Below the pieces are notes generated by a model. That model saw nothing but the letters and a program-made list of their open reading frames with translations, did not search any database and was not told where the DNA came from. From Podarcis tiliguerta (Eukaryota), in the NCBI GenBank assembly GCA_965153285.1, contig OZ229110.1: a DNA stretch of 64,000 nucleotides, one strand, 5' to 3'. A program made the translations under genes and the position numbers. Shown in pieces: positions 1-11,659 of the stretch (the first letter of the stretch is position 1; every line of letters begins with the position of its first letter).

Positions 1-2771
1 AGAACACCTTCACCAGAACAGATTACCAAGTTTACAAGAACAACCCTTTACTCTAGAAAACTATTGTAGAAATATGAAAAACTCTTATAGATAAAATTAA
101 TTCATTACATACTCGTTTTATACTTCTTTTACTCTTGATAGGGAACAGAATATTTAAAAATGGGGTACTATAGGCAGAATACAATAAATTTTCCCTGATC
201 AAGTGGAACATTTAACATACACCCCACGCCTTCCAGAGACAAGCATCCATCCATCCAATGCTCCCAGAGATGAAATGTGGTCATTACCTAGAGCCATGCA
301 GTCAGAAAAAACAGTTAGTGCAGCAGCAGAAACCCTGTGTGATGTTGCGACAACTTCACCAGCATTCATATATTCAAAATTACTGAAAACAGCTAAGTGC
401 CTTTGCACTAGTTGTGAATGCAAGATGGCATGTACATGAATACACCTGAATGTACACCTGACATTGGAGGGAATTAGCACTGGGCACCCCTAACGTCAAC
501 CCAAAAAAGGAAATGTTCCTACACATCCCAAACCAAGATACAGGAAAGCTGACATATAGGTATTAATCGTCTCTTGTACACCAATCAATCTAGTGCTATA
601 ACCACATACAGGGATACATAATGAACATAAACTAGAACCCTTGTGAAATGAAACTTATGCATAGTAGTAAATAAATCAACAGGAAAGAATGGGTGTGACC
701 AGGAATTAATGACGGGACAAAATGGAGATGCTTGGAGGTGGCAAGATCAAACTTGGGACCTTGGCAATATAAACTATATGCTTTATCTTTACCTGGAGTA
801 AGGACTATGAGTACTCCACATGTAGGAAGCCTGTGATCCCCCCCCCCCCAGATGTGCTTAACTACAATGCCCATCATCCCTGAGCACTAACCATGCAGCC
901 CAGGACAGAAGGTAGCAGAGGGGCCCTAAAGCATATGGAGCTATATGTTCTTCAGCCCAGGTTTGTGGGAATATGGGGTGCTGGTTTAAGGCAAGTCAGA
1001 CCACTGTCCATATAGCTTAGTATTTGCTAGATTAACTGGCAAAGGTTCTCCAGGGCTTCAGACAGCAGTCAGTCACTATCTGGAGATGGCAGGGACTGCT
1101 CTTGGGACCTCCTGCGTGATTTGTTGTGCTCTGCCACTGAACAATGCCACTAAAGGAGTTATTATGAACAAACTGGCTGCTGGTTGCCATGTTTCTGTGG
1201 TTACAGTATAATTCTGTTCAGTGTAAGTTTGGTTCCAGTTCTACTGCTTATGGAATTGCATGGCCTTCTTAATGTTCTATTTAAAGTAATACATAAACAC
1301 ACACTTGAAACACATGTGGGTGTTTATTTCTATTTATTTATTTATGTATTTATAATCCACACTTTCAGCAAAATATACCAAAGTGGTTAACAGCATATAA
1401 AAATAATAGCAGCAAAAAGCATCAATAAAACATCATTAAAGAGAAAAATTGTATTGCAAAGGCCTGTACTGTTTAGGGTTTTGTGAATTAATGTAAGTAC
1501 CTTGAACCTAGGCAGGTAACAAACAGGCAACCACAACAGCTCCCTCAGCAGCAGTTGTATGTTGCTCCTTTGAGCAGTCTGGCCACTGCATTCTGCACAA
1601 ATTGAAGCTTCCGGACTAAATAAAGGGTAGCCCCACATAAAGCGTGCTACAGTAATCAAGCCTTGAGGATTGAAATCAATAGGGAACAATATACACCACA
1701 AACCAGATTTGATTTCTAGTGCAATGCACTCTCACACAAAGTTAGTACATCAGACAGAAAAGGTTATCCTGTCTTCCCACTTCTTTCTCCCATTAAACAC
1801 AGTCATTTCAATAACTAAGATGACCCAATTTATAATTGTAACAAAAAATATTAGGTATAAGCAGGCATGAAACATGGGAAGTAGAACTGTAAGGTGGACT
1901 AAAGTTGCTGTTACCTACACCCCTAACATCACTTAACTGTTCACTTTTTAGGCTATAAAGAATATGTACTGCAAGCAATGTGTGCACAAAACTGAAGGAT
2001 CTTTTCCTATGAAGGTGCTAGTATTGCCTGTGATTAACTGCGTAATTGCCTATCAGTTTCCATGTTTAATTTTTTTGTGTCAATGTGGTGCAGCGAATGG
2101 GACAGAATACTATGTAACTTTAAATCACATGCAGGAGCTACTGTACCAACCATCTTGGTCTGCTCACTGACCCAGGTTACATATTTCTAAAAGATTCAGC
2201 ATCCTCAACTGTTATGTTAACTTGATTCCAGGAAGGCACGTCTCACTTGAGAGACTACGGAGACTAACATGCTATTACTTTCTATTTCTATCATGCTGTA
2301 ACTTCCTATTTCTTTTTATAAAAAGGAAGCCTTCATACATTCCAAAACACACACGCACAAATAGTGATTCAACATTTCTTCCAACATGCATTCATTTGGT
2401 TCATGAGGTTTTCTTTCCTGTAGAGTAAAACAATTCACACCAATTGGCAAATGTGAGGAGTTTATTAGGAAATCTCCAGTTATAACGCTGATTTAACACT
2501 ATTCACTTCTCACTCAACGAACTTTTCACACAACGGAATTTGCTTCTACAGAGATTTTCGTATTTCTACCGTGCAAGGAAAGGATGCTCCAGCAGCCTAA
2601 CAACGCACCTGAGGACAAACCTCTCTTTTGAGACCTCAGCACGGGCCGAAGTTTCGGGGCTCGTGGAGAGTTCGCCTCTTCTTCTAGCGCTCACCTGCCG
2701 CCCTTCCACATCCCGCCGAGACGGTGGCGCAGCCCTTACGCCCACCCAGCGGGGTCCGCAGCCGCGCTCAC

Positions 2772-2825
2772 CTGGTTAAACTCTTCGTCGGCGTAGATGT
2801 CGATGAGGTCCACTCCTTCCGACAT
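2772..2825 (-). CDS. CPSF7: CPSF7 (CFIm59) first coding exon; gene continues left out of the window
   Basis: Minus strand reads ATG TCG GAA GGA GTG GAC CTC ATC GAC ATC TAC GCC GAC GAA GAG TTT AAC CAG|GTGAG = MSEGVDLIDIYADEEFNQ, matching the recalled human CPSF7 N-terminus. Exon acceptor AG at 2882-2883 has a pyrimidine tract and CTAAC branch point, so the full exon is 2772-2881. Head-to-head with SDHAF2 as in human. Confidence 0.95.
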
Positions 2826-3394
2826 ATTTCTCCAGGGGAGCCGCCGAGAGAACCGGGGTGGGGGGAGAAGAAAGAGCCGCACTGCGGGGGTCACAGAGCA
2901 AAGAGAAGGGGGAAGGAGACGCAGGTTAGTGAGATCGCCGCCTCACGCGGCCGCCGCCGGCAGAGCCCAGGCCCGTTCCCGCGCAGCCCCGCTCCGCCGA
3001 GGATCCCGCGCAGGCGGCCCCGCCCCCCTCGCCGCCTCAGTGCCACTCGGACGGCGGGACCTTCCACCGGCAGCGGAGAACCCGAGAGCCGGGCCGCCGC
3101 CGCCTCCCTCCCCGCCTCCCCTCCTCCGCGGGCCGCCATAGCTGCGCGCGCCTGGACGCTCGCGCCCGCCATCGCCTCCTTTTTCCCGCGCTGCGACGGA
3201 GACACGCCGCCGCCGCTGCCCACTTCCCCCGCGCTCACCCCGGCCACGAAGCTCCGCCGCCTCCCCGGCGCCGCTCGGGGCCCGTTATACTGCTCAAGGC
3301 CTAGCAATCCCAGGCAGGCCCAAAACGCGCGCGCGAACCCCCACCCCCCCTCGTCCTCGGCCGCCTCCTCCTCCTCCTCCCCTCCTCCTCTCAC

Positions 3395-3520
3395 CGCTAC
3401 AGCCAGCGTCTCCTCCCGTTGTCCCGCCCCTTCCTCCCTGCCGAGCCCCGCCCCTTCCGGTTTGTTGCTCTGCCGCTCGCCTCGCGCAAGAGTAAACAAA
3501 AACAGAAAAGGCCGCTCTCC
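3395..3520 (-). other. CPSF7: Probable non-coding first exon of CPSF7 (5' end approximate)
   Basis: Minus-strand donor GCG|GTGAGA at 3395/3394 inside the CpG island; an alternative donor GGG|GTGAGC lies at 3239/3238. The coding exon has an acceptor, so an upstream exon is required. Confidence 0.5.
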
Positions 3521-3664
3521 GTAGGAGGCTTTTCCGAAGTGGGCGCGGGAGGCCGAGAGGTGGCTTTAGGGCGCATGCGTTGTGGAGAAGCTGAGAGGCT
3601 TCCGTAGAGGCCTCTGTGTCTATGGTGGGCCGTGAAGGGTAGAGCGGCTGCGGAGGAAACCAGG

Positions 3665-3685
3665 ATGGCGGCGTTGAGCGTTCGC
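3665..3685 (+). CDS. SDHAF2: SDHAF2 exon 1 (MAALSVR)
   Basis: Strong Kozak aggATGG, followed by donor CGC|GTGAGT; phase 0 joins exon 2. Confidence 0.85.
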
Positions 3686-3744
3686 GTGAGTAAAGGGAGA
3701 TGTGTATTATGTATCTAGGCATTTGTTGAATTCGTGCCCCACGC

Positions 3745-3912
3745 TTCTCCTCCAAGGAGCTCAGGGTGGAGCGCCTAGTCCTCCTGGTTTAATCCCCACA
3801 ACACCAACCCTGCCAGGCGGGCTAGGCTGAGATTGAGAGGCAGCGACTGGCCCCCAAGGTCACTCTCTGAGCGTCACGGCCTCCCCGAGTCCTAGTCCGA
3901 CTCCCCAACCGT
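3745..3912 (-). mobile_element. Old SINE relic (MIR/CORE-like) in SDHAF2 intron 1
   Basis: Shares blocks (aaggagctcagg ... accctg ... ggctaggctgaga ... tcctagtcc.actcc) with the copy at about 13110-13266. Confidence 0.5.
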
Positions 3913-4023
3913 CGCACCAGCAGCAGCTCCGGCGCGTTCGCGTAGTAACGGAGTGGTGGGTCGGACGCTGCTTCTGCCGCCCTTGGTTGCCTTACGCCGC
4001 TTCCCTGCCTGTTTGTCTCGCAG

Positions 4024-4229
4024 CGCCTCTTTCTGCTCCCCGCCTGCGCCCTCCGCTCGTCGAAGTGCTGCTACCGCGGGGACTCTCCCTCCGACTCCGG
4101 GCGGGATCTGCTGGAGATCCCTCTGCCGCCTTGGCAGGCTCGGCCCCACGAAGCCCCGGCGAGGAAGCGCGCGAGGCTGCTGTACGAGAGCCGCAAGAGG
4201 GGCATGCTGGAGAACTGCCTCCTGCTCAG
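4024..4229 (+). CDS. SDHAF2: SDHAF2 exon 2
   Basis: Acceptor tctcgcag|. Encodes [69 protein letters not shown] with the Sdh5 RGxxE motif (RKRGMLE). Donor CAG|GTGAGC, phase 2. Confidence 0.96.
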
Positions 4230-5031
4230 GTGAGCCGTCGCCTTCTGTTCTGCCTTTCCTAAACCTCCTCGTTGCTTTCAACTTGGACTTGTTTCCTGGT
4301 AACGAAATTAAGAATCGAGTCTTTAAAATTCCCACACTCCGGTGTCTCCCCCCCTTTTATTAGAATTTTTCTATTATTATTATTATTTCACTTTATAATG
4401 TGTAATAAAACAGAGATAAGAATGATGAAACTACCGTATGTTCTCTGGGCAGTTTAAACTTATAAAATGCAACTGGAAATTTAGCTGAAAAACAGTGAGT
4501 ACAAAATCATTGTTGTCTACTTTCTCCATAGTGTGCATCATTTTATAAACCTACATTAAAAAAAAAAAAGAAATGTTGCTCTCTCCTTGCACTTGGAAAT
4601 ACCCTTATCCAAGGACAGCACTAGGAAGCATTGTTATGAAATACTGAAAATCAGCTTATAGAGGAAAAAGGAGAAGATTGTCCATTCTGTTTTCTCTTTA
4701 TTATCAAGGGTATAGTCAGACACTGGTTTATCTTGAACTGGTAGAGGGGAACCTGGGGTTGAATGTGGTCTCCCCTCTGGGACCCTCTATCCAGCTCCTG
4801 GGACTCTTCTTCAAAGGCCACACCCCTCAGTGGCCCTGCTCCTCAGTGCTTTTGCCTGGAGAGAATTGGACCTTGAACTGTAATAATGCCTTTTGTTTGT
4901 CTGAATGGGTATGCATAAATTTCTGACACTTGCATAGCCAGAATGTAGTATTTTTATTACATTGTGGTATCTGTATCTTTTTTTCTACCTAGTCTGGTTT
5001 TCCCAGTATGCTGTTTTATTGTTTCCCATAG

Positions 5032-5141
5032 TTTCTTTGCCAAAGAGAATCTGAATCGAATGAATGAGCAACAGCTAGATCTTTATGATCGCCTGATTAA
5101 TGAGCCCAGCAATGATTGGGATATCTACTACTGGGCAACAG
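5032..5141 (+). CDS. SDHAF2: SDHAF2 exon 3
   Basis: Acceptor cccatag|. Encodes [36 protein letters not shown]. Donor CAG|GTAAAG, phase 1. Confidence 0.97.
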
Positions 5142-5760
5142 GTAAAGCAAAACACTGTATTTTGGGGTCACTTGCTATTGGCTCTTATGTGACTTGGGGG
5201 GCGTATCTTATGAAGGGCATTTCATAATATAAAAACATAAAAATATATAACATAGTAGCAGACAAAAACAATAACCTCCCTTCACACAGTCAAAAAGGCC
5301 AAAGGCCTGTGAGAATGGGAATGTTTTTGACTGATGCCTAAAGATATGTAAATGAAGACATCAGGCAGGCCCCTTTGGGGAGAACATTCCACAAGTGGGG
5401 AGCCGTCACAGAAAATGCTTGTTCTCGTGTTACTGCCCTCTGGACCACACACAGCAGCATAGTACATGTAATATTTCGACCTCTGTCCTGAAAAGGTGTG
5501 TGATTGTCCTAGAAGGTTGTCACTGACAATCCGAAATACAGTTTTAGCTATGAGCAGGGTCTAAAAATTGTCATGTTCACCATATAAACATTCCAACTCT
5601 AGCAGTCAGGTTGATCAAAAGTATAACTAATGTATACTCTACCTTTAAAACATAAGTATTTTTATTTGCAGTAAGCCCTTTTTGAATTTAGTAGAACTTA
5701 ACATCCTCCTTAACAAGTACAGTTTTAGGTTGCAGAACTGCTGTATAGTTAATGATAATA

Positions 5761-5974
5761 CAGTGGTACCTCAGGTTCGTTCTGGAGGTCAGTTCTTAAC
5801 CTAAAACTGTTCTTAACCTGAAGCATCACTTTAGCTAATGGGGCCTCCTGCTGCTGCTGTGCCGCTGCTGCGCGATTTCTGTTCTCACCCTGAAGCAAAG
5901 TTCTTAACCCGAGGTACTATTTCTGGGTTAGCAGCGTCTGTAACCTGAAGCGTCTGTAACCCGAGGTACCACTG
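5761..5974. mobile_element. Tc1/mariner-type MITE, copy 1
   Basis: TIRs CAGTGGTACCTC...GAGGTACCACTG flanked by TA on both sides; three more copies in the window. Confidence 0.9.
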
Positions 5975-5993
5975 TATATTATATATTTTATGG

Positions 5994-6540
5994 CAGGGGT
6001 GGGGAACTGGATCTGGCCAGTAAGCCAATACTCTACTTCCCCCTGCTTCCCACGGGCCAACTTTGACAGATGCATGGGACCACCCAACTGTCAGTCACCT
6101 GATGGCATAATACATCAAATGACACCTATCAACATTCAAATGGGTTACTATACAACAGTCTTCTTTGAAGATGCACTTTCAGCACCAATCAGCTGACGAG
6201 CATTACAGGGAACCTTTGAAGTCCATTTGGAGGTAGCAATTAGGATTCAAAGTGTTTGCTCTAAACAGCTAGTTGTTTTTTCTCTACAAAGGGGAAAATG
6301 CTCTGTTTGGGGTGCCACTGACTCCCAGTAGGGCTCCCTGTCTGCATTAATCAGCTGATTGGTGCTGACAGAGAACCCTTCTTTCAAAGAAATAATAGAG
6401 AACTCACTTTAAACTCCTGATTGTTCTTTTCTTGCCCATACCGGCCCCATTTCACTTACGACGTCTTGTGGGTTGTGGGCAACAGCCTCATGTGACCTGC
6501 ACCAGCCTATTAGGGCCACGGGCCGAGACTTCCCACTGCC
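5994..6540. mobile_element. Degraded hAT-like non-autonomous DNA element
   Basis: Begins CAGGGGTGGGGAAC and ends ggccgagacttcccactgcc, resembling hAT/Charlie-type termini; internal imperfect inverted repeats. Confidence 0.4.
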
Positions 6541-6930
6541 ATTTTACAAGAAGTTCCAAAAACATTCTTGCTCCCTGTCACATAAAAAATGTCTTTCGCT
6601 TGTTTGCAAAGCAAGCATTCCATTTTGTTTCCTTTTCTGTACTTAACACACTAACTGGGATGTCTTTGAAATGGGGCTTGACAAATAATTTTAAGTCCAG
6701 TGACAAAAAGATCTTTGAAAACCTACTAGATCTGTAGACTGTAGTTTTGAGCTGGGGTAGCCAATGTGTTTTCATCCAGATTTTGCTGGACTACAACTCT
6801 TATCTTTGTTGGCTGGCACTGTTGAGTTGGAATCCAACATCTGGTGGGCACCTCAGTGTACAGAATCTTCAGACATTGGTAGCACAGCTTATACTGTTGT
6901 TTCACGTCTTTTTTTTTTTTCTCCCCAAAG

Positions 6931-7061
6931 AAGCAAAGCCTGCTCCAGAAGTCTTTGAAAATGAAGTCATGGAGATGCTTAGAGAGTTTACCAAAAACAA
7001 GAACAGAGAAAAGAGACTGCAACAACCAGATCTTGAGTATCTTGTTGAAGCTTCACACTGA
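6931..7061 (+). CDS. SDHAF2: SDHAF2 exon 4 (terminal)
   Basis: Poly-T tract then ccccaaag|. Encodes [43 protein letters not shown]. Spliced CDS 21+206+110+131=468 nt, 155 aa. Confidence 0.96.
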
Positions 7062-7192
7062 TCTTGTGGTTTCTGGAGAAGGCCATACATTCTTGAAACC
7101 TAGAAGCACACACTGTGGTATTTAGGCCTCTTGAGTCCCACTCTTGTGAAATATTTCCTGAATGGTCTGTTTTCCATGCTTTGCTTATCTAT

Positions 7193-7198
7193 AATAAA
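7193..7198 (+). terminator. Candidate SDHAF2 polyadenylation signal AATAAA
   Basis: First AATAAA, about 130 nt after the stop codon. Confidence 0.55.
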
Positions 7199-7431
7199 GC
7201 TTCAGTGATGCGGTCCTTTAGATACTTGGTTATAGCTCCCATTAAATTCAATGCAACTTACTTCTGAGAAGACAGGTATAGAAGTGTTGACAGAGTACCT
7301 TTCTGACTCAGAATGCACTTCAGGAATCCCACTGGTATAGGACTGCAGGGTGATTGATAACAAAAGGCATTGTTGCGTCTTCTTGTTCATTGAGAAATGC
7401 ACATGGTTGTTAAATTATACATAACAAATCA

Positions 7432-7680
7432 CAGTTGTACCTCAGCTCCTGAATGCCTTGAGAGTTGGAACGTTTCGGCTCCCAAACGATTGAAAACTGA
7501 AAGTGAATGTTCCAGTTTTCGCATGTTCTTTTGGAAGCCAAACGTCTGATGGGGCTTCTGCGGCTTCCAATTGGCTGCAGGAGCTTCCTGAAGCCAGTCA
7601 GAAGCTGCGCTTTGGAAGTTGAACGTTTCAGAAGTTGAATGGACTTCCGGAACGGATTCTGTTCAACTTCCAAGGTACGA
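7432..7680. mobile_element. Mariner-like MITE of a related family, right end interrupted by an L2 fragment
   Basis: Left end CAGTTGTACCTC, internal palindromic arms, right end ccaaggtacga breaks into L2 sequence. Confidence 0.6.
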
Positions 7681-7874
7681 CCCTCCCAGCAGATGTCAAG
7701 GCAATAAACAACTATTTTACTTTTAAAAGACAACTGAAGGCGGCCCTGTTTAGGGAAGTTTTTAATGTCTGACGCTGTATTGTTTTTAATATTCAGTTGG
7801 AAGCCGCCCAGAGTGGCTGGGGAAATCCAGCCAGATGGGTGGGGTATAAATAATAAATTATCATTATCATTATT
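7681..7874 (+). mobile_element. L2 LINE 3' fragment
   Basis: Nearly identical to the 3' end of the L2 at 50427-50933 (ccctgtttagggaagtttttaatg ... cccagagtggctgggga ... gggtataaataataaa); microsatellite tail. Confidence 0.8.
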
Positions 7875-9319
7875 CTTCTACAACTGTAGTATTATTTTAT
7901 ATTCTGCTCAGTTCCAGGATTCCTGGGCAGATTTCTGTATTGTATGATTCTGTCCAAAAGGTGATCAAATGATTGAGAATCATAGATTTGTGGAAGTCTG
8001 TAGTACTCTTTATGCTATAAGTGTATTTTCAATAATAAATGGATAGCAACCCCATATAAGTAATTCATTACTGGACATCTTAGATGCTGAGGGTACCTTC
8101 CTTAAGCCAAATGCTGGAGTTGGTGCAGTGATCTGACTCCATGCAGTACATGACAGCAATGAGGTTGCCTCAGGCCTCCCCACAAGTGCAGTCTTGTCCT
8201 GGATATATGGTACTTACCAGTTTTCAGCTATGTCAGCCTACGCACTGTTGGATGTGCCCATCACTTTCCTTCCATTCTGTTGATAGGTTGCATTTGCTAC
8301 TGCCTTTGTCCAATTGCTACAACTCCTGTGTCCCTAGCCTAGAAGACTTCTTATTCTTAGCCACAAATATTTTTGCAGGAATTTTGAGACATCAGTTGAA
8401 GGCTCCACCAGAACTTGTACATATTGGTCCTGTTTGCTAGTACATCTTCAGTAGATCAATGAGGCCAACATTAACAAGCTGCATATGGAAGATTTGGTCC
8501 TTGCATATTGCCCTCGTCTATGTCCTTGGCAGTGTGTGTGTTTATTATTTATTTAAAGATTTTTTTAATCCCCCTCTTCAGCCAGAAAAGGCTCGCAGAG
8601 CAGCTTACAAATCATTAAAATCACTATATATGCCCTCAGCCTTACAATCTAAAAATACAGGACACAAAAGGAAGTGGAGGGAGCTAGGAGGAAATAAGCA
8701 AACTCTGGTTCAAATCCATGTTTTCAAGTTGCTTTATTGACCAGCTGGGATGGGAAAATGCAAGGAGAGGAGGTGCCAAAAGTTTCTGATCTCTCAGCTG
8801 TCCCAGTGGAGTGGCCCTACATTCCTTCTCTTCCATCATTGGCAACAGGCAGATGTGATTACTGCTACTCGGTGACAGTGGATGCACAGAGGGGCTTAAT
8901 TCCTTCACAGAGTGGACGGCAGCTCCTATTCTGTGGTACCTTATTTCATGTGTTTTTTGTGGGGGGGGGGGGGGAGAGAGTCATATGTTGGAAATTGCAC
9001 CAGGGTCCGCAACTACCTTAATCCAACTTGGGACTCAAGGTTTTAGCTGGCACTTGTCAGTAAAAACCAGTGGCACATGGTTATTGTTTTCCTCCCTGCT
9101 GACCCTATCTGTATCGGTGTCTATTCATTTCACTCCTCTTCCCTCATTTGCTACCGTCTGATATAGTGGCAGCTGCTGCATTAAATGGATACTGTCTGTC
9201 CTTTGTAGTTGTTGTAATTTAATGAGTTTGGCAGTTAGTGAATACTCACACTGTCTCCCCCCACCCCCAGATGTAGAATAATTCCCACCCACTTGCTATA
9301 CCAAGCAAAGTTTAATATA

Positions 9320-9680
9320 AGGTAAAAGGTAAAGGTACCCCTGCCCGTACGGGCCAGTCTTGCCAGACTCTAGGGTTGTGCGCTCATCTCACTCTATAGG
9401 CCGGGAGTCAGCGCTGTCCGCAGACACTTCCGGGTCACATGGCCAGCGTGACAAGCTGCATCTGGCGAGCCAGCGCAGCACACGGAACGCCGTTTACCTT
9501 CCCGCTGGTAAGCGGTCCCTATTTATCTACTTGCACCCGGGGGTGCTTTGGAACTGCTAGGTTGGCAGGCGCTGGGACCGAACGACGGGAGCGCACCCCG
9601 CCTCGGGGATTCGAACCGCCGACCATGCGATTGGCAAGTCCTAGGCGCTGAGGTTTTACCCACAGCGCCACCCGCGTCCC
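9320..9680 (-). mobile_element. Full-length Sauria SINE with 13-bp TSD
   Basis: Minus strand starts GGGACGCGGGTGGCGCTGTGG (A box), has B box GGTTCGAATCC and an ACCTTT-type tail. AAAGTTTAATATA is duplicated at 9307-9319 and 9681-9693. CpG-rich, so young. Confidence 0.93.
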
Positions 9681-9714
9681 AAAGTTTAATATAGAAGTAC
9701 ACAATATAATGTTA

Positions 9715-9937
9715 AACAATGAATATCTCCAACTAAACATTTGAAAAAACTTTCTGGCAGTAAGAGCTGTTTGGCAGTGAAACAGACTCCCGTGAAAGGT
9801 GGTGGGCTCTTGTTCCTTGGAGGTTTTTAAACAGATAGGATGGCCATCTATCATGGATGCTTTAGCTGAGATTTTTGCATTGTAGGGGGTTGGACTAGAT
9901 GACCCTTGGGCCCCTTCCAACCCTATGATTCTATGAT
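9715..9937 (+). mobile_element. CR1 LINE 3' fragment
   Basis: Degenerate ORF2 C-terminus followed by gggttggactagatgacc...ttccaacc and TATGATTC tail repeats. Confidence 0.85.
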
Positions 9938-11454
9938 TTATTACATTTTTATAGTGCCTTTCATTCAAAGATCACAGGGCAGTTCTGAACATAGACAAAA
10001 TGAGAACAAAAAATTAGAAGCTGAAAGTAGAATTTAACTTACAAGAACATAATCATTTCCCAGAACACAAAAATGTGTGCCATTAGCTGACAAAACAAGG
10101 TTCTTCACTCCAAATTTCTTATTCCAAAGGGGACCACCCTTCCATTTGACAATTTTATGAGAAATACTTAAAAATAAAAAAGCAAATGTTTTCATAAACA
10201 TACACTGTTTATTCAGTCTGCTTGTATTTCCTTTTTCCACCCAATCAACTGCTAGCATTCCTAGCTGAATGAACTTTCGCTATTCTATTTTTAGAAGTTG
10301 ATGGTGCAAAAAGAAGAAAACAGTACTGTGTGACTTGTGTCTAACCCTGTTAGGCTCTTTTCCACTTTTCAGTCAATTACTGGAAGTCAGGTATTTTGAA
10401 AACAGTTGTTTGAAATTGTTCTAGGATACATAAATACTTTTTCTTCTGTCCAGCAGTGACTTCTTCAATAATCATATAAGTAACACTTTCAGACACCCAG
10501 GGGTTTCTACAGAACATGGTTTATGTCATGTACTTTTTTTTAATTAAAAAAATCCTATTAAAACTTGCTAGCTGTGTGACAATTTGAAATACAGCTTGGC
10601 CCTCCTAGAGTTGGTTTCCCCTCCACCCCTTACCACACAGAACTTTAAAAGTCATGCTTAAGGTTACATGTTTCTTTGCAGCCACCTAGTCTATGGCATT
10701 ACCTTTAAACTACCACATGGTGTCATTATAAGCATGATGTTTGCTCAGTACTAAATATTCACATGCAGCCTTGATCAAAAGTGATGTGTAACTTACATAT
10801 CTTTAATTTTGTATGCTCAGAGATTTCTCTTCCGTGTCAGAGTTCAGATTGCAGAGATTCTGTGTCAAGCAATGCCACATTCAATGACATGAGTAAAATA
10901 TAACACAAACACACTTATTTTAGTCCTAGGTAAGCAACAGAATCACACAGCACCAAAACTGAGCTATCTGAAACCCACAACTCATATTGCTAAGACTTTA
11001 CAATAGCATTTCAATATTATTTTGCAGATACAAATGCAGAACATTGGGAGGTGGGATAATGGTGGCGAAGGCTTAAATTCTCAAGAGTTGTGTGCCGGAC
11101 ATCTAAAGTTACACTTGAATTACACTGCACAGCTGTGACTGCAGACATTTAGTAGGCACGCAGCCTTACACATGTTCCTTTCTGCCCACTTGGTACTGTT
11201 CTGTGTTTCACGGACATGGGGGCGGTGGCAGCACTGATTCTGGTGACTCTACCTTGTTCAACTGCAGCATACCTCCCCAGCTCCTATCTAGTAGCTCAGC
11301 TTGAATACAATGGGACAATGGCTCAGGAAACACACAGACCTCAACCCCGTGAGGGCTATATTTAGGAATCCAAATAATCAGAACCATTTCATGCACGTAT
11401 TGGGCATGTGTGCTCAGGGCCCTTGCAGTCGCTCCCAATACCCTCTGAACTATA

Positions 11455-11659
11455 AGGCCATTGGAAGGAGAGCAATGTTGTCGAGCTAGTTGCTAGGTGC
11501 TGGTTGCTAGGTTACATGCTGCTAGACTTCAGCTTTCTGCATTCGTCCGTCAAGTTCCCAACTTCAGTTCCTTAAATAAATGAATGGTTCATTCCTTTTG
11601 GACATCTAGTTCTGATTGCTACCATCAGCCAGCAAGCAGTGCCTCGTTGGTTGGGACAG
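11455..11659 (+). promoter_or_regulatory. Putative PPP1R32/SAXO4 promoter and non-coding exon 1 with tandem RFX X-box-like sites
   Basis: GTTGCTAGG at 11489-11497 and GTTGCTAGGTTAC at 11503-11515, an inverted CCAAT near 11460, and a strong donor CAG|GTAAGG at 11659/11660. Assignment to PPP1R32 is inference. Confidence 0.5.

Larger units (their letters stand above)
2620..4260. promoter_or_regulatory. CpG island / bidirectional promoter shared by CPSF7 and SDHAF2
   Basis: Sharp rise in GC and CpG relative to flanks. Divergent start codons at 2825 (-) and 3665 (+). ETS/GABP core CTTCCGG about 3454-3460, NRF1-like GCGCATGCG 3571-3579, GC boxes, YY1-like GATGGCGGC over the SDHAF2 ATG. Confidence 0.85.

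Noticed and set aside
200-2470. Possible cryptic exons, intronic poly(A) signal (about 2461) and TGTA motifs in the CPSF7 intron suggesting CFIm autoregulation
   Set aside because: Motifs are short and at roughly chance frequency in AT-rich intron; no coherent exon could be defined without expression data.
2724-3755. Long ORFs of 266, 202 and 153 aa over the first CpG island
   Set aside because: Low-complexity Pro/Arg/Ala/Gly products expected from stop-poor GC-rich promoter DNA; the real coding exons here are short and in other frames.
3892-4363. ORF-track proteins of 147, 136 and 91 aa over SDHAF2 exon 2
   Set aside because: Wrong-frame or antisense shadows; the SDHAF2 frame starts at the 4024 acceptor.
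9590-9680. tRNA-like A/B boxes
   Set aside because: Head of the Sauria SINE, not a tRNA gene.
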